Assembly: GCA_963843145.1 (NCBI GenBank)
Contig: CAWJJC010000021.1
Span: 1 to 64,000 of the forward strand
Direction: 5' to 3'
DNA length: 64,000 bases
Origin: an uncultured delta proteobacterium
GTDB lineage: Bacteria > Desulfobacterota > RBG-13-43-22
Both the position numbers and the translations under genes were made by a program. Positions 1 through 7,151 of this stretch are shown piece after piece. The notes below the pieces were generated by a model, which worked only from the letters and a program-made list of their open reading frames with translations, ran no database searches and was not told the origin of the DNA. Position 1 is the first letter of the stretch, and each line of letters starts with the position of its first letter.

Positions 1-8
1 TCCAATAG

Positions 9-44
9 AAAGGCCCTGCGTTTTGATTATGAGGCAGGGCCTTT
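9..44. terminator. Hairpin (11-bp stem), likely bidirectional intrinsic terminator
   Basis: aaaggccctgc(9-19)...gcagggccttt(34-44), T-runs on both strands. Confidence 0.7.
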
Positions 45-108
45 TAGGTTCAAATATCCTCCCCAAGCTAAGGTTAGGCGGAAAAATAATTGGAAAATTA
101 AACGGATA
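9..108 (-). ncRNA. Candidate ~100-nt small RNA, copy 1
   Basis: Minus-strand TTGACA(142-137)-17nt-TATTCC with extended TG, no conserved ORF, ends in hairpin 9-44; core 56-111 is 55/56 identical to 3505-3560. Confidence 0.45.
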
Positions 109-297
109 GCCTCGGAATACCACAAATTTTCAAGGCTGTCAATCTCTGGAACTGATAGGTATAGAAGTAATCTTACAACTAGGATATTATTTCAGCAGAT
201 TAGAGGCTTTATCGGTCTCCAACGGAGACTTCTGCTTAATTCTGTTGGAAAGGCTTTGCTTTTCTCCGTGTCCTCTGGGCTTTCCTGGCAAAAAAAA

Positions 298-325
298 TTG
301 ACACTGTAACAGTTCGTGTTACTAT
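298..325 (+). promoter_or_regulatory. sigma70 promoter of higBA with overlapping HigA-type operator
   Basis: TTGACA-16nt-TACTAT; inverted repeat GTAAC-N7-GTTAC overlapping spacer and -10; ATG 8 nt after -10. Confidence 0.75.
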
Positions 326-333
326 GTCAAAAG

Positions 334-609
334 ATGATCAAAAGTTTCAAACACAGGGGCCTTGCCGAGCTATTCGAGCTTGGGCAAAGCCGTCGAGTGC
401 GGGAAGATTTACAGGCAAGGTCGCTGCGGCGCCTGGAGGCTTTGGACCAGGCAGAATCATTGACAGATCTGCAAGTCCCAGGATTCAATTTCCACGGCCT
501 TCGAGGATCGCCCAAACGATACACTATTCACGTAAATGGGCCATGGAGCATCACCTTCGAATGGGAAGAGGGTGACGCCCTTCGAGTCGATTTAGAGCAA
601 TATCATTAG
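334..609 (+). CDS. higB: HigB (RelE/ParE family) toxin
   Basis: MIKSFKHRGL...FHGLRG...YTIHVNGPWSITFEW...VDLEQYH, typical plasmid-maintenance killer protein. Confidence 0.9.
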   Translation: MIKSFKHRGLAELFELGQSRRVREDLQARSLRRLEALDQAESLTDLQVPGFNFHGLRGSPKRYTIHVNGPWSITFEWEEGDALRVDLEQYH

Positions 610-619
610 AGGCAAAAAT

Positions 620-1033
620 ATGACCGAATATTCCATAAAACGTCCGTTGGAACGTCCCCCCATTCATCCGGGAGAAATTCTGCGGGAAGATGTGCTTCCT
701 GCCCTTGGGTTATCGGTCAGTGAGGCGGCCCGGCGACTGGGGGTATCCAGGCAACAGCTCCACCGGGTCCTGGCCTGTACCCATCCCATTACGACCGAGA
801 TGGCGCTTCGCATCGGCAAATTTGCCGGCAACGGGCCGGCACTCTGGCTGCGGTTACAGCAAGCCCATGATTTATGGTATGCCGAGCGACGGATGGAATC
901 CGAACTGACCAAAATAGAGCCGGAAAGGGGAGCCCGCTATTGGGATAGGGAAATCGCCAAAGAAAAAGCTGAACAAACGTCCAGACTGCTCGACAAGGCC
1001 GAGCTGTTTAGGGCCAATCGCCCCTCACGGTAA
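620..1033 (+). CDS. higA: HigA antitoxin (HTH) with C-terminal extension
   Basis: PIHPGEILREDVL..LGLSVSEAARRLGVSRQQL..ITTEMALRI..WLRLQ motif. Confidence 0.9.
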   Translation: MTEYSIKRPLERPPIHPGEILREDVLPALGLSVSEAARRLGVSRQQLHRVLACTHPITTEMALRIGKFAGNGPALWLRLQQAHDLWYAERRMESELTKIEPERGARYWDREIAKEKAEQTSRLLDKAELFRANRPSR

Positions 1034-1533
1034 GCGGTTTCCCTGCGCCTGGGTTCCAGGGACCTTTCCCTAACCATGCGGGTCGCCCGGGGGAACTGTT
1101 GGCTTTTCTGCTGATTTTTGAGCTGGTCTAAAAGAGGGCAGGGGGGGGCACCTGCCGTCCAGAGCAAAGCCAGCGACCTTTTTGGGTGGTCAGGCGCAGA
1201 TCGGTTCCCAGGCCGACCGAGGGCCGGGATTCGGGGGCGGCCGAACGGGCTGAAAAGATCAGGCTGAGGACGCCGGCAGGGAAACCTTATAAGGAACTTC
1301 AACAACGGAAATGGCCGTCGCCTCCGGATCCAGGGAGGTTAGAAAACGGGTGGCCGGGGTTATCCCATTACAATGGTCGATCAAAATAACCGACCGGAAT
1401 GTAAAGGAATGAATCGGTCCAGAGGAATTACAAAACCAAGAGGATCCAAAAGAACAGAATTAAATGTATTTGTACCTGGGGGAATAAGAGGAATTAAATG
1501 GAGGCAAGATAAGTCGGTGATTAGGGGGGCAGG

Positions 1534-1656
1534 TTATACCGGGGGTAACATCTCTTGATTCAGGGTCGCGGAAATCTCCTCGATCATCGGTTTATGGAGA
1601 GCCAGGTTGGCCTGGCGTAGGACCGGGTGGCTCACTAGGGCGATATTAATTGCCAT
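1534..1656 (-). pseudogene. 40-aa ORF containing a degenerate enoyl-CoA hydratase C-terminal fragment
   Basis: LRQANLALHKPMIEEISATLNQE aligns with LRLAKRAFHQRLIAEISAALDQE at 3278-3460; 58/77 nt identical ungapped. Confidence 0.6.
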
Positions 1657-1671
1657 CCTTTCCCTTTGTCT

Positions 1672-2595
1672 CTATTCTCCTATTTTCCATGGTCCGCCGG
1701 GTTGCCAGACAGAGTTCAAGATTTCATTGCGCGCGGCGGATTCGAATACGGGTCCCAGGAATTCAGCCAACATGCTCAAGACGGTATCCAGATTTTCCGG
1801 TATTGAGGATAGATGATTTTTACGCAGGAAGCCGGCCCATTGGGTACGCTTGTCAGGTATTTGAGCGAAAGCTGGCGTCAGCGCCGTCGGAAGACCGTCC
1901 GGAATCGCGGTCCGGCGGCGCTCAAAGGTTGCCCGGATCGCCGCCACCAGCATTTCAATAGCGAAGGATTCCCGCTGGGCGAGCATATATACGTCAAAGA
2001 AGTCGCGCAGACGACTGTTATTCGTTCCGAGCTGGACCATGGCCTGAGTCTTTTCGGCGATCACTGTCTCGGGCCGGTACGCACGCAAGCGCGGGCGGGG
2101 CAGGTCCAAAAGGCTGGGATAATCAAGCCACTCGGGCTCGGGAATTGAGGTGTCCCCCAAGCCGACATCCACCTGCAGGCGTATGCGCGCTGATCCTAAG
2201 CGGGCCAGAAGGGTTACCCGTTTTCCGCCATAGAAATCCTCGGGGCGAATGGCGGACACTCGGATCGTGGAGGCTTCGAAGGTTATTCCATCGGGTTCTA
2301 CCTCGATGGCACAGGTTTCTTCAAAAATCGTTGTCAGAGCGTCGTCCGAAAGATCTCCCAAGGCGAGGAGGTCCGCATCCCGGGTAGGCCGGAAGGTCTC
2401 TCCCAGCCAGACGAGCAAGAGCAGCGCCCCTTTCAATACGAAACGTTTAGAGTGGCGGGATCGGGATAGTCGGTATAGAAATCGCTCAATGACAAAGCGG
2501 GTCAGCACGAAATTCGAATCCAGGCCCAAGGACTGAGCATGCCGAATCAAACGGGCATGCACGGAATGCGGTAAGCCGCTGGCGGCAACACTCAT
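1672..2595 (-). CDS. AbiEii nucleotidyltransferase toxin (type IV TA)
   Basis: ERFLYRL..FVLKGALLL..RPTRDADL..YRPETVIAEK..NSRLRDFFD. Confidence 0.9.
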   Translation of the reverse strand: MSVAASGLPHSVHARLIRHAQSLGLDSNFVLTRFVIERFLYRLSRSRHSKRFVLKGALLLLVWLGETFRPTRDADLLALGDLSDDALTTIFEETCAIEVEPDGITFEASTIRVSAIRPEDFYGGKRVTLLARLGSARIRLQVDVGLGDTSIPEPEWLDYPSLLDLPRPRLRAYRPETVIAEKTQAMVQLGTNNSRLRDFFDVYMLAQRESFAIEMLVAAIRATFERRRTAIPDGLPTALTPAFAQIPDKRTQWAGFLRKNHLSSIPENLDTVLSMLAEFLGPVFESAARNEILNSVWQPGGPWKIGE

Positions 2596-3197
2596 GCGAT
2601 CAAAGTCTCCAGATAGGGCCTCATGACGCGGCGCACACGGCAGATTTGAGCGTAGCGATCCAGCTCGTCCATGGTAAATCGCCGCTCTCTCCAGGCTTCA
2701 CGGAGGGCTTCAAGGGCCACATCTAGCCCAACCTTATTTCGGTATTTAAAAAGATCGGCCAGGGTCTTGGCGACGCTGTACAATCTCACTGGTTGTCCTT
2801 CCAGGCGGTGAATTTCGATTCCGGAAGAGAAGGCTTCTCCGCTGAAGCGAACCACCCGCAACGGAGGATAATTGAGCCGCGGCTGCGGGGCCGAGCGTTC
2901 CAATGCCACCCAGATCTTGGCCGGCAGTTGTGTGCCGATAGCATGAAAGCTCAATACCGAAAGCAGACAAATCACGCCATCCGGGACTGCACGGGAAACG
3001 ATAGTGAGGGTGTGGTGCTCAGTGATCGGATGATCCGGGAAGCGGTATTGCCCGCGAGCTATGCGTTCCAAGTCGCCCCGGCGAACCAACCGCGTAAGAA
3101 GCTGACTATGAACCCCCAATCGTATGGCTTCCCGCGCCGTGATGACGCCCAGCCGGCGAGCCTGGGCCAACAGTTTTTTACGGTGTGAACCTTCCAT
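2592..3197 (-). CDS. AbiEi antitoxin / transcriptional regulator (type IV TA)
   Basis: wHTH N-terminus (LERIARGQY), GVICLLS, YSVAKTLADLFKYRNKVGLDVALEAL; stop overlaps abiEii start. Confidence 0.9.
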   Translation of the reverse strand: MEGSHRKKLLAQARRLGVITAREAIRLGVHSQLLTRLVRRGDLERIARGQYRFPDHPITEHHTLTIVSRAVPDGVICLLSVLSFHAIGTQLPAKIWVALERSAPQPRLNYPPLRVVRFSGEAFSSGIEIHRLEGQPVRLYSVAKTLADLFKYRNKVGLDVALEALREAWRERRFTMDELDRYAQICRVRRVMRPYLETLIA

Positions 3198-3245
3198 GTG
3201 TAAAATTATCTACATTTATATTTAATTGTCAACACTTTCACACAT
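3196..3245 (-). promoter_or_regulatory. abiE promoter with long imperfect inverted-repeat operator
   Basis: TTGACA(3232-3227)-16nt-GATAAT; 19-bp arms 3196-3214 / 3227-3245, 14/19 matching. Confidence 0.65.
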
Positions 3246-3277
3246 CAATTCATTTTTGGTATCCGAACGATATCCTG

Positions 3278-3460
3278 TTATCGGCCCTTGAACTGCGGCG
3301 GCCGTTTTTCCATTCGAACCGTCAGGGCCTCGAAAAAGTCCTCGCTGCCGAAGTCCTGGTTCAATCCCAGGTTCTCTTGGTCCAGGGCCGCGGAAATCTC
3401 CGCGATCAGTCGCTGGTGAAAGGCCCGTTTGGCCAGGCGCAGGGCCAGGGCGGCCCCCAT
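3278..3460 (-). pseudogene. C-terminal fragment of enoyl-CoA hydratase/crotonase family protein
   Basis: ALRLAKRAF...SEDFFEALTVRMEKRPPQFKGR is the typical crotonase tail; N-terminal part missing, cut at repeat R2. Confidence 0.8.
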
Positions 3461-3464
3461 GAAT

Positions 3465-3492
3465 AAGGCCCTGGATCATGATCCAGGGCCTT
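3465..3492. terminator. Perfect 28-bp palindrome, terminator-like
   Basis: aaggccctggatcatgatccagggcctt; same stem as 9-44, different loop. Confidence 0.7.
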
Positions 3493-3557
3493 TTAGTTCA
3501 ATTCATCCTCCCCTAGCTAAGGTTAGGCGGAAAAATAATTGGAAAATTAAACGGATA
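3465..3557 (-). ncRNA. Candidate small RNA, copy 2
   Basis: TTGACA(3591-3586)-17nt-TATTTC, conserved core 3505-3560, terminal hairpin. Confidence 0.45.
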
Positions 3558-3746
3558 GCCCGGAAATACCACAAATTTTCTAGACTGTCAATCACTGGAA
3601 CTGACAAGCGTAGATGAAATCTTGCAAATAGGACATTATTTCAGCAGATTTGAGGACTTATCGGCCTCCGGCAGAACTTTCTGCTTAATTCGGTTGGACA
3701 GGCTTTGCTTTTCTCCGTGTCCTCTGGGCTTTCCCGGCAAAAAAGA

Positions 3747-3774
3747 TTGACGCTGTAACAGTTCGTGTTACAAT
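3747..3774 (+). promoter_or_regulatory. sigma70 promoter + HigA-type operator driving orphan higA
   Basis: TTGACG-16nt-TACAAT; TGTAAC-N7-GTTACA. Confidence 0.75.
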
Positions 3775-3782
3775 ATAAAAAT

Positions 3783-4127
3783 ATGACCGAATATTCCATA
3801 AAACGTCCGTTGGAACGTCCCCCCATTCATCCGGGAGAAATTCTGCGGGAAGATGTGCTTCCTGCCCTTGGGTTATCGGTCAGTGAGGCGGCCCGGCGAC
3901 TGGGGGTATCCAGGCAACAGCTCCACCGGGTCCTGGCCTGTACCCATCCCATTACGACCGAGATGGCGCTTCGTATCGGCAAATTTGCCGGCAACGGGCC
4001 GGCACTCTGGCTGCGGTTACAGCAAGCCCATGATTTATGGTATGCCGAGCGACGGATGGAATCCGAACTGACTAAAATAGAGCCGGAAAAAGAAGCCTCC
4101 TATTGGGATAAGGAAATCGCCAATTAA
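3783..4127 (+). CDS. higA: Orphan HigA antitoxin (second copy, no higB)
   Basis: Protein identical to 620-1033 up to KIEPE, DNA nearly identical. Confidence 0.9.
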   Translation: MTEYSIKRPLERPPIHPGEILREDVLPALGLSVSEAARRLGVSRQQLHRVLACTHPITTEMALRIGKFAGNGPALWLRLQQAHDLWYAERRMESELTKIEPEKEASYWDKEIAN

Positions 4128-4142
4128 AGTGCGGGAAGAGTA

Positions 4143-4298
4143 CTATTTATGTGAGCGCATACTTCCTCTTAAGTTTATAAGGATCGGTGGGGATGTTTGA
4201 ATGCTCTGAAAACGCAGGACTGCACCGGGCTTAAGGTGGTCTTGACAGAATTTCTTCCGGTATTCCTCGGGGAAATGCTCTCCGAGAGGAGGGGTCAT
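4143..4298 (-). pseudogene. Truncated N-terminus of putative Panacea-partner (toxin-like) protein
   Basis: 51-aa ORF MTPPLGEHFPEEYRKKFCQDHLKPGAVLRFQSIQTSPP.., ATG overlaps TGA of the Panacea remnant. Confidence 0.45.
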
Positions 4299-4462
4299 TT
4301 GGTCAGGAGATGTTGATTTTCGGCTACGGATTCAATATAGGACATCATATCCGCATCGATCCCCTCGGCCTTAGCCATGGCGATGAAGGAAATTCGGTCG
4401 TTCTCGCTGGCATGTTTACAGGCCCAATCGTGGGATCTGTCTCTTAATTGTCCAGCGGGAAG
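4295..4462 (-). pseudogene. C-terminal remnant of Panacea/SocA (DUF4065) antitoxin
   Basis: LPAGQLRDRSHDWACKH..ISFIAMAKAEG..SYIE; L..SH..(W) motif; no start codon, begins right after vapC stop. Confidence 0.6.
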
Positions 4463-4463
4463 T

Positions 4464-4862
4464 TTAAAGCCAGACTATTTTCTGCTCGGCCTCAACGGTC
4501 CTGAATTCCGGATCGCCGGTATAAATTTCCGCCATCTTCAACCTGGCCAGCGCCGCGGCAAAACAGTCGGCCAGTGACATTTTGTGAAAGGCTTTTATCT
4601 CTCCGGCCGCTTCAGCCAGACTCTGATCCGCGTCAATGATTTTGATGGGTAATGCGAGCAGCTTGTCTCTTACCTCCGCCCAGCGGTCGGGCCCCGCTTT
4701 TCGTTCGACCATATAGCGGACTTCCGCCCAATTGGGTGCGGCGATCAGGAGTTTATTATCCGACTCCATTGCCTTTTCTAGTAGGTCGAGCACGATTTCG
4801 TGGCCCTTTTCTTTAAAAAGGAAGGCCAGAACGGCGTAGCTATCGAGCACGACGTTTTCCAA
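4464..4862 (-). CDS. vapC: VapC PIN-domain toxin
   Basis: VVLDSYAVLAF..NWAEV..SLADCFAAALA..IYTGDPEF. Confidence 0.9.
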   Translation of the reverse strand: MENVVLDSYAVLAFLFKEKGHEIVLDLLEKAMESDNKLLIAAPNWAEVRYMVERKAGPDRWAEVRDKLLALPIKIIDADQSLAEAAGEIKAFHKMSLADCFAAALARLKMAEIYTGDPEFRTVEAEQKIVWL

Positions 4863-5103
4863 GTTTGGCCTCCTCGTGTTCCCGGTCTTTGGCCCGTTCC
4901 TGGAGCAGTTCTTTCGTCACCGAAGTTTCGCTGGCTAAGAAGCCGTGGGCGCTCCGGATAGTCTCTTTGGTCAGCGGCTGAAATAGAATTTCATTATTCC
5001 GCTCAATAAAATATACCTTTACACCCGGTTTGAGGCCGTAACGCTTTCTTAATTTGGCCGGGACCACGATCTGCCCCTTACTGGTCATGGTGGCTTCTTC
5101 CAT
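4840..5103 (-). CDS. AbrB/MazE/SpoVT family antitoxin
   Basis: TMTSKGQIVVPAKLRKRYGLKPG motif; overlaps vapC. Confidence 0.9.
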   Translation of the reverse strand: MEEATMTSKGQIVVPAKLRKRYGLKPGVKVYFIERNNEILFQPLTKETIRSAHGFLASETSVTKELLQERAKDREHEEAKLGKRRAR

Positions 5104-5132
5104 AGCTTCAGCAACCCTCCTATTGAGAAAAT

Positions 5133-5161
5133 ATCTTACATTATGCAGAAATGTAAGTCAA
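5133..5161 (-). promoter_or_regulatory. vapBC promoter with operator
   Basis: TTGACT-17nt-TAAGAT; inverted repeat cttacatt(5135-5142)/aatgtaag(5150-5157). Confidence 0.7.
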
Positions 5162-5319
5162 TATGACATTTATCGGAAGGCTATTCAACGCGAAGAATAA
5201 TGCCGGTCTTCGGCCCTTGGTTGTCAGGGATTGGTCTAGGGCACGGCCCGGTGATCGACCGGTGCGTTCTTCTGTTTTCCCTTGACCTTCGGCCACGGTA
5301 GTGTATTGTAGTATAGGAG

Positions 5320-5547
5320 GTGAAGAACATGAGGACCGTGTTATCCGTAAGTCTTCCCAATCAAATGGCCGCCGAACTGGAGACTTTCGCCAAGGCCGCT
5401 GGTAGAAACAAGAGCGATATCGTGAAGGAATCCCTGGGCCAATTTCTTTGGGAGGCCCGATTCCGGCAGCTTAAGAAAAAGATGGCGAAGAAGGCCAAAG
5501 CGGCCGGGGTCGTCACCGAAGAAGACGTATTCAGCCGGATATCGTGA
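5320..5547 (+). CDS. CopG/ribbon-helix-helix antitoxin
   Basis: VLSVSLP..LETFAKAAGRNKSDIVKESL..TEEDVF. Confidence 0.8.
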   Translation: MKNMRTVLSVSLPNQMAAELETFAKAAGRNKSDIVKESLGQFLWEARFRQLKKKMAKKAKAAGVVTEEDVFSRIS

Positions 5548-5948
5548 GAGTCGTCTTTGACACCAATGTATTGATCGCGGCTTTTCTGACCGAAGGGGTA
5601 TGCTCTAAGCTGCTGGTTCGGGCACGCCGGCGAGAATTCGAACTCTACTTGAGTGAGGATATTATTCTGGAGTTCGAGAGAAACCTTCGTAAGAAATTTT
5701 CATTTTCTTCTGCTGAGATAAAAGATGCCCGAAGCGTATTAGTGGAAGCCTCGGGAAAGATCGTTGCGATAGTCAGTTCGGTTGTGCCTGTCTGCGGAGA
5801 TCCGGAGGACGATAAAATACTGGCCTGCGCAAAACAGACGGATGCCGATTATCTGGTGACCGGCGATCAGGATCTGCTGGTCATCGATCCCTATGGCCGG
5901 ACCAGAATAGTCACTCCCAGGAATTTTGAGAATCTTTTTGAGGACTAG
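5544..5948 (+). CDS. PIN-family putative toxin
   Basis: MRVVFDTNVLI..CGDPEDDKILACA..ADYLVTGDQDLL. Confidence 0.9.
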   Translation: MRVVFDTNVLIAAFLTEGVCSKLLVRARRREFELYLSEDIILEFERNLRKKFSFSSAEIKDARSVLVEASGKIVAIVSSVVPVCGDPEDDKILACAKQTDADYLVTGDQDLLVIDPYGRTRIVTPRNFENLFED

Positions 5949-6084
5949 CCTTCGTTTCGATCTTAAGGGAAAGGTCTGGGGTTCGGCGAGGAATAAATCG
6001 CTTCCTGCCCCTTTATTCAAATTATCGGGAGTTGTTCGGGATTTGACGTTTGACTACGGCCTCGGATTTTTCTAAAGAAGCGTT

Positions 6085-6465
6085 TTAAAACATCCCGTTC
6101 GGATTGTCCGAGGATTCGGGAATTTCCTGAATTACGTCCCAGTGCTCGTCGATCCGGCCGTTTTCCAGCCTGAAGATCTCGATAATGGCCCGCTGAAGTT
6201 TCGGAGACCGTATCGAAAGAACGTGGAGGACGACATAATCATCCTCCGCGATGATCCGCTTGATTTCGCTCCGGGCTTCCGGGTAATTGGTTTTGAGAAA
6301 TTCGATAAACTCCTTGAGTCCTTCAGGATAATCTTTGACCAGGGGATTATGCTGCTTGTATCGGGGGCCGATATACGGCCGGGCGGCCTCAAAGTCTTTC
6401 TTATTGATAATAAGATCATAAAATGTTTTCACAATTTCTTTGTTTTTTTCCTGCGTTGATCCCAT
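6085..6465 (-). CDS. SnoaL/NTF2-like protein
   Basis: YKQHNP..IKRIIAEDDYVVLH..IFRLENGRIDEHWDVIQ. Confidence 0.85.
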   Translation of the reverse strand: MGSTQEKNKEIVKTFYDLIINKKDFEAARPYIGPRYKQHNPLVKDYPEGLKEFIEFLKTNYPEARSEIKRIIAEDDYVVLHVLSIRSPKLQRAIIEIFRLENGRIDEHWDVIQEIPESSDNPNGMF

Positions 6466-6478
6466 AGCGATTCCTCGA

Positions 6479-6940
6479 TTAAGATAACTGGCGAGTGTTT
6501 CGAAGAAGTCTCCTGACCATGTCCAGCAGCTCTTTCTTCTCTTTAGCCAAAAAACCTTTCAGCATTTTTTCCAGTAATTGGTCACGCTTCATTTCTATCT
6601 CGGCCAGCGATTTCTTCCCTTGGGGGGTAATTTCCAGGAGGGTGACCCGTTCATCCTTGGGGTCTGATTTTCGTTGAATGAAGCCGCTTTTTTCCAGACG
6701 TTTGGCCAGACCGGTGATATTGGCCCCGGGGACGAGCATGATCCGGCTCACTTCCGTAATCCGGCTCCGGCCGTCGGTGGAGGCATCCAAGACGCGCAGG
6801 ATGTTGTACTGCGGGAAGGAGAGCTGGTAACTTCGGAAAAGGGCCGAAAGTGCCCGTTTAAATCGTTCCGCGGCCCGCACTATGGCCATGAGGACCTTCT
6901 CGTCCCCGCTCAAGTCGCTTTGGTAACTACTTTTTACCAT
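6479..6940 (-). CDS. MarR family transcriptional regulator
   Basis: LSFPQYNILRVL..ITGLAKRLEKSGFIQRKSDPKDERVTLLEITPQG. Confidence 0.9.
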   Translation of the reverse strand: MVKSSYQSDLSGDEKVLMAIVRAAERFKRALSALFRSYQLSFPQYNILRVLDASTDGRSRITEVSRIMLVPGANITGLAKRLEKSGFIQRKSDPKDERVTLLEITPQGKKSLAEIEMKRDQLLEKMLKGFLAKEKKELLDMVRRLLRNTRQLS

Positions 6941-7000
6941 ACTATTCCGCTTTTTCTAGTTTCATACTATAGCCTCATACTTCAGAGGATGTCTACGAAT

Positions 7001-7131
7001 GAACGTCGAACATCCAACATCGAACGCCCCACCTCGAATGAAAAACATAATTGCCTTGCCGAACAGGGAATGCCTGATTCCGTTTCTTCATCTTTTCCCA
7101 TTAAACGTTCGATGTTGGATGTTCGATGTTC
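7001..7131. repeat. Heptamer-built inverted-repeat element (26-bp arms)
   Basis: gaacgtcgaacatccaacatcgaacg(7001-7026) / cgttcgatgttggatgttcgatgttc(7106-7131), 25/26 match. Confidence 0.85.
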
Positions 7132-7151
7132 GGCGTTTAACTAAAAAGGGT

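Larger units (their letters stand above)
9..333. repeat. Direct repeat unit R1 (hairpin + sRNA candidate + divergent promoters); partner at 3465-3782
   Basis: Visual alignment, collinear, roughly 80-85% identity overall. Confidence 0.9.
3465..3782. repeat. Direct repeat unit R2 (copy of 9-333)
   Basis: Collinear with R1. Confidence 0.9.

Noticed and set aside
9-4127. Duplicated unit as CRISPR array or integron attC sites
   Set aside because: Only two long copies, no regular spacers, no attC-like structure, no cas or intI genes.
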